A DNA stretch of 64,000 bases from an uncultured delta proteobacterium (GCA_963841435.1 CAWJCS010000004.1:544001-608000), one strand, 5' to 3'; numbered from the stretch's first letter, positions 40,008 through 51,918 are shown. The notes: a model not told the origin generated them from the sequence alone. A program made the numbers and translations.

Positions 40008-42118
40008 GGGCGAGCCTTCAGCAGAAAATCCGCTTGCACGGCCGGGATGCGCGTGCCCGAGCGGGGCCCCTCGACGGAGCCGACGAGCGTGCCGAACGCG
40101 CCGATGGCGTCGCCGCTCGCGAGAGCGAGCTTGCCGCCGTAACTCACGCGCATGAGGCAGGGCGGAGCTTTGCAGCCGCTCTTCACGTCCATCACCATCA
40201 GGGTCGTGTAGTTGTCGGTGCGCGCCTCGACCACGGAGCCGTCGAGCGCGACGTTGAGCCCGCGCTGCCCTTCTGGGTCGGCAGCGATGGCGGCGTAGGA
40301 CGCCGTGGCGCGAGCTCGGACGAGCGCGGCCTCGGCGCTCAAGCTCTGCACGCGCCTGATGTGGATCATGACGAGGCGCGGGGCGAGATCCGGAGCGGTG
40401 GCGCGCACGGCGACCGTCGTCTCGCCGGCGGCGGACACGCTCATCATCTGCGCGAAGGCGCCGGCCTGATCGACGGTGATGGGGCGTCCCTCGACGGTGA
40501 CGTTCGCGTTCTTGGCGGTGTGCCCCGCGAGCACGAAGCCGGGACCCTCGATCACGATCGAGCTGCCGGGCGCTTGGACGACCAGGGGCACGATACCGAG
40601 ACGCACGACGACGTCGCCGTTGTGGGGCGTGCCGCCGGGAGGCGTCACGACGTAGGGGATACGCCGTTCCAGCGTCTTCACGGAAGCTTCGGAGCCCGTG
40701 ACGTCACGCGTGACGTCGACGACCGCCGCGGCGGTGCCGTCCGCGGAGAGCGGGACCGGATGGCCGTCGATCACGACGACGGAACCGGCGCGTGCGGTCA
40801 TGCGCGCTTCGACGACCGGCGGCGTCTCGTCGAGGCGCTTGGTGTCGCCCTGGATCCGGAAGTTGACCGGCACGGTCACGCTGACCTGCTCGGCGCGGCC
40901 AGAGCCGCGCTGCAGCTCGAGCTCGAGCTGGTTGTCCCCGACTGGCAAAGGACGCGCGAGCGTCAGCGCGGCCTTGCCCCCGCTGAAAGTGGTGCTCGCG
41001 CCCTGGAGCGTGACGCGCGTCCCGTCGGTGCAGCCGGGGCAGCCGAGCGCGAGCCTGTCACGCCCCTGGTCGTCCGCGACGAGCCGCGTCTCGATGGCGC
41101 CGCGCGCCCGATAGAAGAACACGGCGACGATGCCGGCGCTCGCGAGCATCGCCGCGCCGAGGATCACGAGCACGGTCACCCACGGCACGTGACGCCTACG
41201 CGGAACGCCCGGGATTTGTCCCGACAGCGGTTCGAATCCAGCGGGTGGCGGTGGCGGCGGCTCCTGCCACAGGGGAGGCGCCTCGGGTACAGCGGCGGGC
41301 TGCTGCTTCTCGACGCCTGGGTGGAGTGGGGCGATACCAGGGCGGGCAATCCCGAGGATTGTCTTTAGTGGTGCGGGACGGCCGCCGGGAGCGGGAGCGG
41401 GCGCATCGCCGGCGGGCGACGGGGCGCCCGCCGCACCGGCCTCCGGGGGCATCGGTGCCATCGGGGCGAGCCCGAGCATGGTGCCCTTGAACGTGTGGGG
41501 GCTAGCGGGCGGGACGGGCGGCGGGGACTGGGGTGGCGTCGCCGGTGGAGGGGGCGGATTCCCGGCGAAGGGCGAGGTCAGGCCGATGCCGACCATCGTT
41601 CCGCGAAAGTTCACCGCATGCCCCGGCGCCGGGCCGGGAGCTGGCGCCGCACCGGGGGCGGGGGCGGGGGCGCCGGTGGGGGGAGCATCTGAACGCGGCG
41701 GCGCCGACGGGCCGCCGGGCAGCGTGACGGTCTGCATGCCGGGTGGCTGTGTTGACGGTCCGCCAGGGAGTGCGACGGTCTGCCCACCGGGCGGTTGCGC
41801 CGAGCGTCCGCCGGGGAGCGTGACGGTCTGCATGCCGGGTGGCTGCGCCGACGGGCCGCCGGGCAGCGTGGTGGTCGGCACGCCGGGCGGCGTCGCTGAG
41901 GGCCCGCCTGGCAAAAGGACAGTCTGTCCGCCGGGCGAGGGGCCGAGCGGTGCGGTGACGCGTGAAGGTTGCGTGGGTCCACCCGCGCCCGGGCGGGCGA
42001 GCTGTCCCAGATGGCCGACGAGGGTCTGACCGAGCTGTGAAGCCAAGCTCGCACCGCACGCAGCGCAGCTCGAAGCCGCCTCCTGGCACGGCGTTCCACA
42101 CTGAGGGCACGGCCGCAT
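40004..42118 (-). CDS. Zinc-ribbon, Pro-rich membrane protein
   Basis: CPQC..CAAC; 16-aa PGGPS.QPPG.QTV.L repeats at about 41700-41930; one TM segment. Confidence 0.75.
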   Translation of the reverse strand: MRPCPQCGTPCQEAASSCAACGASLASQLGQTLVGHLGQLARPGAGGPTQPSRVTAPLGPSPGGQTVLLPGGPSATPPGVPTTTLPGGPSAQPPGMQTVTLPGGRSAQPPGGQTVALPGGPSTQPPGMQTVTLPGGPSAPPRSDAPPTGAPAPAPGAAPAPGPAPGHAVNFRGTMVGIGLTSPFAGNPPPPPATPPQSPPPVPPASPHTFKGTMLGLAPMAPMPPEAGAAGAPSPAGDAPAPAPGGRPAPLKTILGIARPGIAPLHPGVEKQQPAAVPEAPPLWQEPPPPPPAGFEPLSGQIPGVPRRRHVPWVTVLVILGAAMLASAGIVAVFFYRARGAIETRLVADDQGRDRLALGCPGCTDGTRVTLQGASTTFSGGKAALTLARPLPVGDNQLELELQRGSGRAEQVSVTVPVNFRIQGDTKRLDETPPVVEARMTARAGSVVVIDGHPVPLSADGTAAAVVDVTRDVTGSEASVKTLERRIPYVVTPPGGTPHNGDVVVRLGIVPLVVQAPGSSIVIEGPGFVLAGHTAKNANVTVEGRPITVDQAGAFAQMMSVSAAGETTVAVRATAPDLAPRLVMIHIRRVQSLSAEAALVRARATASYAAIAADPEGQRGLNVALDGSVVEARTDNYTTLMVMDVKSGCKAPPCLMRVSYGGKLALASGDAIGAFGTLVGSVEGPRSGTRIPAVQADFLLKARP

Positions 42119-42210
42119 GGGGACGGGGGGGACTATAGCGCAAGGGGGCCGGCCGTCTCCGCAATCCTTGGCCCATCGGGTCACGCTGCCGTATGGGCGG
42201 AGAACCGGCT

Positions 42211-42974
<764 letters not shown>

Positions 42975-42978
<4 letters not shown>

Positions 42979-44279
42979 GCGTCTCGTTGAGCGAAATCCT
43001 CGCGGGAGCGGCCGCTCGCGCCGTGCCCCTGACGGGCGAGTGCGCGGGCTACCTCGTGCTCGCCGCTGCCGATCAGGTTGCCAGTTCCCCGCGCCGCGTC
43101 GAGCCCCGAGACGTGCGGCTTTCGGACGACGGCGCCGTCCGCATCAGCGGCGGCGCACCTGCCGACGACGGCACCGCCGAGCACGATCTGCGCGAGCTGC
43201 TCGATGGTTTACTGGCGTGGTCGAGCTCGGCGAGCTCGGGGCTCCTGCGCGCGCGCAGCCGGATCTCCGGTGCGGGTGTCGGTGCGCTGCTTCGCGAGCT
43301 CGAGACCGCGCTCATCCCCGTGAACCGATCCGCCGCGCGTCGCGCCCTCGCGCGCCTGGCTCGCGAGACCGAGCGCGCCAAGGACGCAGGGCGCTTTGAC
43401 GCCGCGGCTCCGGTGGCACCCGCGGGGGCTCGGCCTCCCGGCCCCGCAAAGCGCTCGGCGCCGTCGGAGCCGGCTGTGTCGGACGTCGCGCCGGACGTTA
43501 TGAGTCCCGAGCTCGTGGCGGTTGCGATGGCGCCCGTCGCCGCCGTCTCGCCGGCGGCGCCGCCCATCGAAGCCACCATCCCGCTTCCCACGCCGCGACC
43601 GCGAACGACCGCGAGCGAGCGCGAGACTCGCCCCGAGCCTGTGATCTCGCGCGCGAGCCAGCGGCCGCCTGCGCCGCCTGCGCCGGCCCCCCGCACCTCG
43701 ACGCCCGTGCTTGGCACGCGCGTCGGGACCAAGCACGAGGTTGACGAGGCGCTTGCCGTCGCCCGGGAGATCGATATCGACGTGAGCTTCGCGCCCGAGG
43801 AGCGGACGCTCGATCCCGACGACGCCGAGCTCATCGTGCTCGAAGGGGAGGACCTCGTGGCCGCGGAAGCGCACGACCTCACGGAGCGTTGCCCGCCGAT
43901 CGAGCCCGATTCGGCACGGCCGCCCGCCGTGGTGCTCGTGGCGTCGCCGCCGCCGCCCGCCACCGCGTCCGAAGCGGTGCCCGCCGGGGCCGAGCGTTCC
44001 GTGCCGCCAGAACCGGAGCATGAGGTTGCCGTTGTGACCGCCGCCGCCGACGAGCCCGACAGCAGTGTGCCGCCCTGGGTGAACACGGCTCCACCCGAGC
44101 CATCGCCGCGCCCTGCGACCTTCGTGCCCGTGCCTCGGCCGCGCGTGAGCAACGTCGAGGACCTGCTCGCCCGTCTCGAACGAGAGCCCGTCGAGCTGGA
44201 CGAGCTGCGCGCCGGGCTGAAGATAATCGCGGGGATGGATCCGACGCCCGCGCCCCCGGGCACCAGGCGCCCCGGCTGA
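42975..44279 (+). CDS. Hypothetical protein (pseudokinase-like N-terminus, Pro-rich tail)
   Basis: Translationally coupled to his[17 protein letters not shown] motif. Confidence 0.65.
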
Positions 44280-44454
44280 CCCAGTCGCGCTTTGTGCGCC
44301 CGGCCGGCCGCCTCGCGCGCGCTCGCTCTTCCGCTGGGCCTGGAACTGATTGCCCCCGCTTTTTTGGCGGCGGTTTGGAGTTGGGCGTCCCGGCAAAATC
44401 CGACTAGGAAGTGGGCTCCGCGCTCGACCTCTTCGGGTCCAGCGGCTTCCTCCC

Positions 44455-45975
44455 ATGCCCGTCATCAAGGTCGGTGAACGCGCCGCACGAGAGGTCTACG
44501 CCACCCTCGCCGGCGCCACCACGGAGCTTTCGCCGATCATCGCGGCAACCCGAGAAGCCGTGGAACGAAGAGAGCCCGTCACGTGGCAACTGCCCGCGAC
44601 GACCGCGACGATTCACAGGCTCGAGGGTGCGTTTCGCCTCGCCACCGAGCTTGGCGCAAGCGTCGAGCTTTACCCGGTCGCTCCTTTGCCTGCACGGGAA
44701 CAAGCGTTCCTGGAGGACTTTGCGACCCACCTGCTCGCGGATTCTCCGGACGCGCCGAGCCCATTCGCTCAGCGCGCCCGCCTTGCAGGCGAGGTCGGCG
44801 AAGAGCTCCTGTATTCCGTCCTGGCCGCCGCGAGCCTGGCGAGGAGCGCTCCCCTGCCGGTCCCCGACAGCATCGAGGAAGTCGTCATCATCGGTGCGTA
44901 CGGGGGCGACCACGTGGGTGACGCCGCCATTCTCGGCGGCGTGCTGCTCGGTTTGCACGAAAAATACGGGGTGAAGGCCGCGCGCATCCTGAGCCACCGG
45001 CCCGAGCACACGCGAAGGCTCGCGGCGGGCCTTCGCACGCCGGTGGCGGTTCGCGTGTTCCACTACGACGTTCCGCGCGGCCGGGCTCAAATGGCCGAGG
45101 CCGACGCGCTCGTCGTCGCTGGCGGCCCGATGATGGACCTACCGAGGGTGCTCGCCAAGCACCTCGTCGTCGCGGCAGCCGCGCGCGCGGCGCACAAGCC
45201 TCTGCTCGTGGAGCGCGTCGGCATCGGTCCCTTCAAGCGCGAGCTCAGCCGGCGCGCAGCGCGGCTCCTGTTGCGGCAAGCGAGCCACGTCTCGACGCGC
45301 ACCAGCAAGGCCGCCGAGGATCCGATTCTGGCGGGCGTGAACGTCTCCGTATCGCGTGATCCGGCGTTCGACTACCTCGCCACCAGGACCCAGCTGGACT
45401 TGGTGACGCCCGCAGAGAAGGCCTCCGTCGACGAGCTGCTCGAGGGTGTCGGAGAACGAACCCTCATCGGGATCAACCTGCGACCGATCCGCCATGAATG
45501 GAGCGTCAAGGGCGAGTCTTATTCGGAGGATGCCGAAGGGCGGCTGATCCAGAGCCTGGCCGTCGCGATGCGCCGGCTTGCGAGCGAGCGCCAGGTGACG
45601 TTCGTTTTCTTCCCGATGAACCCGATCCAGTTCGGTCGGTCCGATCTGGAGTCGGCCTACCGCTTGCGCGGCGCCGTCGGTCCCGAGGTTGACTTTAGGG
45701 TGTGGGAAGCCGATCCCGACGTGGACGGGGTGCTTTACATGCTGCGACGGCTGAAGCTCGCGATCGCCATGCGCTTTCACGCCTGCATCTTCTCACTCTC
45801 GCAGGACCTCCCAGTCGTGGGCGTCGACTACTACCCGGGTCAGGGCGGCAAGGTGGAGCAGCTGTTCAACGACCTCGGTCGTGCCGACGACGTGCGCGTG
45901 ATGGATCAGGTGGACAGCGACTGGCTAGTGAGCCGTATCACGGCGCTGCTCGACAGGGGAAACCGCGCCGGTTGA
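44455..45975 (+). CDS. Polysaccharide pyruvyl transferase family protein
   Basis: IGAYGGDHVGDAAIL, AGGPMMD, RDPAF, AMRFHACI. Confidence 0.85.
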   Translation: MPVIKVGERAAREVYATLAGATTELSPIIAATREAVERREPVTWQLPATTATIHRLEGAFRLATELGASVELYPVAPLPAREQAFLEDFATHLLADSPDAPSPFAQRARLAGEVGEELLYSVLAAASLARSAPLPVPDSIEEVVIIGAYGGDHVGDAAILGGVLLGLHEKYGVKAARILSHRPEHTRRLAAGLRTPVAVRVFHYDVPRGRAQMAEADALVVAGGPMMDLPRVLAKHLVVAAAARAAHKPLLVERVGIGPFKRELSRRAARLLLRQASHVSTRTSKAAEDPILAGVNVSVSRDPAFDYLATRTQLDLVTPAEKASVDELLEGVGERTLIGINLRPIRHEWSVKGESYSEDAEGRLIQSLAVAMRRLASERQVTFVFFPMNPIQFGRSDLESAYRLRGAVGPEVDFRVWEADPDVDGVLYMLRRLKLAIAMRFHACIFSLSQDLPVVGVDYYPGQGGKVEQLFNDLGRADDVRVMDQVDSDWLVSRITALLDRGNRAG

Positions 45976-47479
45976 CCCGCTTCGAGCTGCGCAAGCTGAA
46001 GCTCGTGTGGGACTTTGCCGTCCTGTCGAGCGGCCAGGTCGCGGTCAAGGCACTCGCTTTTTTCGCCTTTGCATTCATGGCGCGCGCGCTGGGCGCCGTG
46101 TCCTACGGCAGGGTCGAGTACGTCATGGCCCTCTCGTCCTTCTTCACCATGCTGGTGGACGGAGGGCTCGGCCCCGTTGGGGTTCGCGCGCTCATGCGCG
46201 ACCCATCCGCTACGCGAACGGTCACCGCAAACGTCGCCGTCGCGCGCATCGGTCTTGCGCTGCTTGCCGTGCCGTTGATGGTGATCGTCGCGCGGCTGTC
46301 GGCACCCGCTGCCCACACGCAGATGCTAGTTTGGCTCTTCGCCCTGGCGCTAGCCGCGCTCCCGTGGCGCCTCGACTGGCTGCTTCAGGCGCGCGAGCGG
46401 ATGGCCCTGGCGTCCATGGCGCAGCTCCTTCGCATGGTCGTCTTCCTCGTGCCGGTGCTCGTGCTCGTGAGGCGCCCCGAAGACATCACCCTGGTCGGCT
46501 GGGCAGAGCTCGCTGCGGCGACCGTGACCGCCCTCTACTACGCCGGGGTGCAGAATTTTTGATCACGCCGATCAGCTTGCGCTTCTCTGCCAGCGGCCTC
46601 GCCGCGCTTCTACGCGAGGGGTTGCCCGTGAGTGGAGCGCAATTGGTCGCCGCGCTGAACCTCTACGCGCCGACCTTCCTGGTCGGCACCCTCGTCGGTG
46701 GGTCGGAAACAGCGTGGTTCGGTGCCTCGCATCGCGTCGTGATCTCGCTTTCGATCTTCGGCGTCATCTACCACTTCAATCTCTACCCGACCCTCACGCG
46801 GCAGCTTGCTGGCGGCGCCCGTCGCGATCTCGAAGCCGTCGTGCGCGCTTCGTACCGAACGGTGGCTTGGGTGAGCATCGGGGGAGCGCTGTTCCTGATG
46901 CTGTTCGCGAAGGTGCTGCTCTCCCTCGCGTTCGGCAACCGATTCGTGGCCGCCGCACCGACTTTCGAGATCTTGGTCTGGTTTCTACCCATCAGCCTGC
47001 TCTCGGGACACGCTCGCTGGTTGCTGGTCGCCGGAGGGCGCCAGGTCTTCGTGCTGCTCGGCCAGCTCACCGGTGCCGTCACCACCGTGCTGCTCGGTGT
47101 TCCACTCATCCAGCGCTACGGGGCGCCGGGTGCAGCGGCGACCATGCTGGGCGCGGCGGTGGCACTCTGGATCGCGACGCATCTTTTCGCCGTTCGAGCG
47201 ATCGGGCCCGTGCCCGGTGTGCGACCCATGGTCGTGCCGGCCGCCCTGGCCGCGCTGATCTGCGTTGCGGTTCAGCGACTGGGGCTAGGTCCGTGGGTCG
47301 GCGCTCCCGCTGGCGCGGCCGTCTTCCTCGGGCTCGCGGTCCTGCTCGATCGTCGCTTGCTACCGGATCTACGCCTGCTCGCGCAGGTCAAATCCGACGT
47401 CGCGCAGTCGTCCAGCCCCGTGCCCGATGACACGAAAGACTTGGCGAAGGCGGAGGGTGTGCCGCCTTCGGCGTCCTGA
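45972..47479 (+). CDS. Wzx-type oligosaccharide flippase, frameshift at the T run near 46556-46560
   Basis: ARALGAVSYG, DGGLG, WLLQARERM; many TM segments over two joined frames. Confidence 0.8.
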
Positions 47480-47508
47480 CGGAAGTCGCGGCGGCGACGC
47501 CACGCTGG

Positions 47509-48348
47509 TCATGCGCCGGGCTCCAGCGCGCCTGCCACGGCGAGCCGCCGGCGTGCCCTGCGGGTCAGCACCAGGAGCAACACCGACGCAAGAGCGGCAA
47601 GAAGCAACGAAGCCCGGAGCCACGGCGAGCGCTGCGGGCCGGGCGCGGCCCGAGGCGGCTCCGCACCTTCGCCGCCGAACGAGCTCGGGGCGGGCGAAAC
47701 GGCCGCGGGCGTCGTTCCCCCTTCGCCGAACGAGAACTGCCCGAGTGCCAGGTCATCGCCGAAGGGATCGGTGAGAGTGGTGGTGGCGGTCGAGTTGGCG
47801 CCGTTCCCGTCGACGACCGCAACGTAGAGCCCGACGTGGCCGGTGCTGGCGGCAGGTGCGGTCCAATCGAAGGACCATTCGATCTCGTTGGGGGTGCGGC
47901 CAGCGGACGCCAGGATTGCGGTTCCGCGCGCGTAATACTCGCTGGCGGCGTAGCCCGAGAACGAACCCGCAGCGCGACGCCCTGGATCGAGGGCCGTAAG
48001 AACGATGGAGTTGTAGTTCGAGAGCGGCGACGCGAGGCCTCGCGACTCGTTGAGCAGCTTGAACGTCAGCCGGTACGACTGCCCGGGAAGGTAGCGCCGC
48101 TCGGCCATCAGCTCGGGTGGATCGGATGCCACGCTGACGCGCGCCAGGAGCGGGGCTTCGATGTGGCAGGCAGCGCACGTCCAACCGTGCTCGCGTGGCG
48201 AGCCCGTGTAGAAAAGTCCTCCGCCTCCGCCCCCGCCGGGCTGCGTGTCGAACAGGTTGCCCGCATGGAACGCCAGCGCAGGGCCCGCCACGAGCAGGAC
48301 CGTTGCCGCAGCGGCGGCGGCTACAAGTCGCTTCCCGGCTCCACGCAT
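47509..48348 (-). CDS. Secreted Reeler-like domain protein with CxxCH heme motif and C-terminal anchor
   Basis: Signal peptide, WTCAACH, WSFDWTAP...YVAVVDGNG, C-terminal TM plus RRARRR. Confidence 0.7.
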   Translation of the reverse strand: MRGAGKRLVAAAAAATVLLVAGPALAFHAGNLFDTQPGGGGGGGLFYTGSPREHGWTCAACHIEAPLLARVSVASDPPELMAERRYLPGQSYRLTFKLLNESRGLASPLSNYNSIVLTALDPGRRAAGSFSGYAASEYYARGTAILASAGRTPNEIEWSFDWTAPAASTGHVGLYVAVVDGNGANSTATTTLTDPFGDDLALGQFSFGEGGTTPAAVSPAPSSFGGEGAEPPRAAPGPQRSPWLRASLLLAALASVLLLVLTRRARRRLAVAGALEPGA

Positions 48349-48815
48349 GTCGGATCCTCCGTCTGCCCACTGGCCCATGCCACGAGTGTCTTGTAGTCGG
48401 CGTCGCTCGGCGAAGTGAAGACGTCCCCCTTGCCGAATTTGGTGGCGCCGCCGTGGTAGTAGCCACCGGCGACCTGATCGAGCGGCTTCATGAGGAGGAA
48501 GCTGGTGCCGGGATCACGCGCATCGAGGAAGGCACGCGCCGAAGCGAAGTTGAACGCTCGTTCTTCGTCGCGCAAAAAGGCGTTGCGGGTTGCTTCAGTT
48601 CCTCCGAGCCTGAGGCGGTTGCGGGCGTAGACACGGAAGTACCGCTGCGGATCACCGTGGCAGAGAAGCGCCGAACAGCTCTTGGTGAGCACGGGTTGGA
48701 CCCGGCAACGAAAGTAGGCCTCGTCGGCGCGTGCTTCGGTCCCCGTGCCCCCCAGGTCTGCGACGCAGCCCGCCACGAGGGCGACAACCATCAAGTGCGG
48801 CAACGGGCGTCTCAC
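48321..48815 (-). CDS. Lipoprotein with a CX4CH putative heme-c motif
   Basis: LVAGC lipobox; FRCRVQPVLTKSCSALLCHG; YHGG. Confidence 0.7.
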   Translation of the reverse strand: MRRPLPHLMVVALVAGCVADLGGTGTEARADEAYFRCRVQPVLTKSCSALLCHGDPQRYFRVYARNRLRLGGTEATRNAFLRDEERAFNFASARAFLDARDPGTSFLLMKPLDQVAGGYYHGGATKFGKGDVFTSPSDADYKTLVAWASGQTEDPTCVEPGSDL

Positions 48816-49939
48816 AGGGAGCCTCCCAAGCCCAGCTCTGCCGTGAAGCCGCGTCGCTCCGGCAGTCGGGAAAAATCTTGGAACATGAACCAGAAGCCCG
48901 TGAGCTTGAGCTCGGCGGCGAGCTCGGAGAAAAAACCGACGGGCTGTGAGCGGTAGGTGAGGCGTAGACCCGCGAAGGCATCCCAGAAAGTCGAGAGCTC
49001 TCGATCGGCCGTCATGTAGTGCTTTCGAGCAGCATATCCGTCTTCGTAGAAGCGCGCTCCCGCTTGGTAGTAGCCGCGTACGAACAACGCAGGCTCGAAG
49101 CCGCCCAGGCCGAGCGCGTATTCGGTGCCAATCGTTCCGGCAACTACCCCCCAGTTGTCAACATAAGCGCGCGCGTGCGAGCGCAGCGCGCTGTCCTGGA
49201 AGAGGTGCCGATTGTAGGCGAGGACGAGCGCGTGCCGAAGGCGATGCGTCGGAACGACCTCCGGTGCGGACACGGTCCCCCCCGCGTTCGCCTCGTGGTA
49301 CCGCACGAAGCGATAAGGGCTTGCCTGGTAGCCGGATAGGTACGTCAACGCGTAGGTCAGTGACCAGATGTCGTTCCGGCTCGCCACCGCGACGAGGCTC
49401 GCGTTGCCGCCGTAATCTTGCTGCCTCTCGGAGAAGTTCGCGTCATGGGCGCGGCCGATGTCGTTTAGCGTGAGGTTGAGACCGAGGCCAAGGGTCAGGT
49501 TGTGGTCCAAGAGGTCGACGCTCCCCGCGAGGGCGAACGTGTGGGACCACCAGTCGTTCTCGGCCGAGCGCCGGTATGAAGCCGATACGGTGTGAATTCC
49601 GTCGCTGTAGCTCGGCGTGACGCCGGCCTCTTTGCGCACCTCGTTCCATCGCCCCGTGGCAGCGGACACGACATCAACCGAGGCGGAGGAAACGATGTCG
49701 AGCAGGAAATGCGCGCGCAGCCGGGCGCGCTCGAAGGCCCCGGCGTCGATGGCAGCGACGGTCGTCACCACCCGCGTCGCGTCGTCGTCTTGGTACACTC
49801 CGCCGCGCGCCGTGACCTCGAGCGGCGGCCCCTCGGCCCTGGCGTGCGGCAACGTCAGCAGCGCGCCGACCACCACCCCGAGGGCGATGGCTCGGATCAG
49901 GCCCGTGCGAGGCCGGCTTGCGACGCGCGATCCCGCCAA
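48812..49939 (-). CDS. DUF3570 outer-membrane beta-barrel protein
   Basis: DIVSSASVDVVSAAT, ENDW, SPYR, YVDNWGV, TADRELS. Confidence 0.8.
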   Translation of the reverse strand: MAGSRVASRPRTGLIRAIALGVVVGALLTLPHARAEGPPLEVTARGGVYQDDDATRVVTTVAAIDAGAFERARLRAHFLLDIVSSASVDVVSAATGRWNEVRKEAGVTPSYSDGIHTVSASYRRSAENDWWSHTFALAGSVDLLDHNLTLGLGLNLTLNDIGRAHDANFSERQQDYGGNASLVAVASRNDIWSLTYALTYLSGYQASPYRFVRYHEANAGGTVSAPEVVPTHRLRHALVLAYNRHLFQDSALRSHARAYVDNWGVVAGTIGTEYALGLGGFEPALFVRGYYQAGARFYEDGYAARKHYMTADRELSTFWDAFAGLRLTYRSQPVGFFSELAAELKLTGFWFMFQDFSRLPERRGFTAELGLGGSL

Positions 49940-49950
49940 GCTGGGTGGCC

Positions 49951-50163
49951 TCAGTTGCAGCCGCAGCCGCCGCCCAACGTGCCGTAGCCGCCCGACGCGC
50001 CCTCGCGATACTCGTAGACGTGCTGCTCGAGCGCCGTGGCTTCTGGGTCCTGGCCGAGCTGCATCTTGGGCTTGGCGAGGTGACCGCGCTGGTAGGGTTG
50101 GACGTGCGCGCAGCTCGCGCAAGAAAATGCAATCAAGCAGGCGAGCCAAGGGAGCTGGTGCAC
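49951..50163 (-). CDS. DUF4266 lipoprotein
   Basis: CAHVQPYQRGHLA...REGASGGYG..GGGCGCN. Confidence 0.9.
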   Translation of the reverse strand: MHQLPWLACLIAFSCASCAHVQPYQRGHLAKPKMQLGQDPEATALEQHVYEYREGASGGYGTLGGGCGCN

Positions 50164-50165
50164 GC

Positions 50166-50864
50166 TCAGCTGCCCTCTACCAGCACCAGCTTCCCTTCGG
50201 TGACGTCGTCGCCGAGCGACGACTCGCCGCCGCTGTTGCCGTCCACCATGCCGTAGTAGACGGTCACCTCTCCCGTGCCCGCAGCCGGTGCCACCCAGTC
50301 GAAGGTCCACGACGTGAGGTCCATGGCTTCCGTTGGCAGGACACCGTGGCAATCACCATAGACGTAGGTGGTGCGGAGGGTCGTGTCGGATTTCGGTGGC
50401 GCTGAAGTCGGGCACACCATGGAGTCAACGCCGGAATCGGTGAAATACTCCCCGGCGCGCATGCCCGAGGTGTCCTCGATCACCATCGCCATGGCGTTGT
50501 GGTTCTCGTTGTTGATGAGGTGCTCGCCCATCATTTGAACCGTGAACGTGTAGCGCTCGCCAGGCAGGTAGCCGTCCTCACCGCCCACATCGATCCAAGA
50601 CGGGCTCACGTCAACGAGGGCCTGGATCCCGCCTTGCTGCTTCGAGTCGTCGATGTGGCAATGCGAGCACTTGATGCCCCAGTCTTCGACGGCGCCCGTG
50701 CCGTAGATGCCGCCGGCCCCCGCACGAAGCGCGTTCGACGAGTTGTTGCCGTCAGCCGGGTCGTGCCAGCTCTTCAGAAAGGGAAATGCCCACACGGTTG
50801 CCGTGACGGTCAAGGCCGCGAGCCCTGCGAGCGAGAACCGAAGCCAAAGTCAACTGCGCGTCAT
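50166..50864 (-). CDS. Secreted Reeler-like protein with CxxCH; in-frame TGA at codon 5 after ATG 50864 (error or alternative start)
   Basis: IKCSHCH, WTFDWVAP...YYGMVDGN; paralog of 47509..48348. Confidence 0.65.
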
Positions 50865-50870
50865 CGTACC

Positions 50871-51848
50871 TCAGTTGTTGGTGCTGCAGCTCGCGAGCGT
50901 CTCGCCCATGAGCCAGCGCCGGAGCTTGTCGTGTTCTGCGTCGTTGTTCCGGAACAGGTGAATGCCGGCGTGCGCCTTCCCGCCCACGATTGGCTGAGCA
51001 ATCAGATCGGATTCGTCCGGGCCGCCCACGGGGGTCCCCGTCGAGTCCAGAGCGAAGCCGCGGGCGCTGTCGTAGTTTCGGCGCCATTCCGTCGGGGTGT
51101 GAGGCTCGAAGTAGCAGCGGCACTCGATGGAGCCGATGCAACTTTCCGTTGGACCGCTCTGGCCCTGCTTGAGGCAGCTGTTGTTGGAGTCCGTGAGCAT
51201 CTCGCCCGTGATGCGCAGGCGACCTCGCGCGTAGATGCGCAGGGCCCGGCCCGCTTCCGTGCCGTGGCAGCCCATCATGGAGCACTTGCGATCCATGATG
51301 GGCTCGACGTTGCAGCGATAGAAGTTTTCGTCGAGCGCGGGCAGGGTCACCTGCGTGATGGGCTCGTTCACGGTCGTGCCGCAGCCGTTCTTGTCGGTGC
51401 AGCTGCGGGTGCCGTCGTCGCTGGAGCCGTTCGTCTGCCAGGGCGTGCATTCCCAGGCCTCGACGCAGCCGCTCGATCCCGCGCTGCCGCCGGTCGCACC
51501 GCCGCTGCCGCCCGTGGACGACCCGCCCGTGGACGACCCGCCCGTGGACGACCCGCCCGTGGACGACCCGCCCGTGGATGACCCGCCCGTGGACGCGCCG
51601 CCCATGCCGTTCCCGTCGCCCGCGTCGCCCACGAGACCCGAGCCGCCGTTGCTCGTTCCGCTGGACCCGCCGCTGGCGGATCCCTTGCCGCCCGAGCCGC
51701 TGCCGCCGCTCGCGGAAGCACCGCCCGTGGCAGCGCTGGGACAGATGCCGGCGGCACAGTCCGTGTTCGGCGCCTTGTCCTGGTTAGAGCCACACGCCCA
51801 GGCAAGCCCGAGCACACCCAAAGCAACAGCAGTCGGAAGTAACTTCAC
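50871..51848 (-). CDS. Gly-rich lipoprotein with a CX4CH putative heme-c domain
   Basis: LAWAC lipobox; (TGGSS)n 15-bp repeats at about 51510-51600; YRCNVEPIMDRKCSMMGCHG; paralog of 48321..48815. Confidence 0.75.
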   Translation of the reverse strand: MKLLPTAVALGVLGLAWACGSNQDKAPNTDCAAGICPSAATGGASASGGSGSGGKGSASGGSSGTSNGGSGLVGDAGDGNGMGGASTGGSSTGGSSTGGSSTGGSSTGGSSTGGSGGATGGSAGSSGCVEAWECTPWQTNGSSDDGTRSCTDKNGCGTTVNEPITQVTLPALDENFYRCNVEPIMDRKCSMMGCHGTEAGRALRIYARGRLRITGEMLTDSNNSCLKQGQSGPTESCIGSIECRCYFEPHTPTEWRRNYDSARGFALDSTGTPVGGPDESDLIAQPIVGGKAHAGIHLFRNNDAEHDKLRRWLMGETLASCSTNN

Positions 51849-51918
51849 GCTAAGCCCTCAAGGGTGCCGCACCTTAGCCAACGTCGTCGGGCTCGTCACG
51901 CCCATTGACGCGAATCGG

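Noticed and set aside
50850-50852. In-frame TGA read as selenocysteine
   Set aside because: It lies at codon 5 of a signal peptide with no redox context or evident SECIS; an error or alternative start is more likely.
51510-51600. CRISPR-like short repeats (also 41700-41930 and 29800-30170)
   Set aside because: They are in-frame coding repeats (TGGSS, Pro/Gly 16-mers, RTX nonapeptides) with no spacers and no cas genes.
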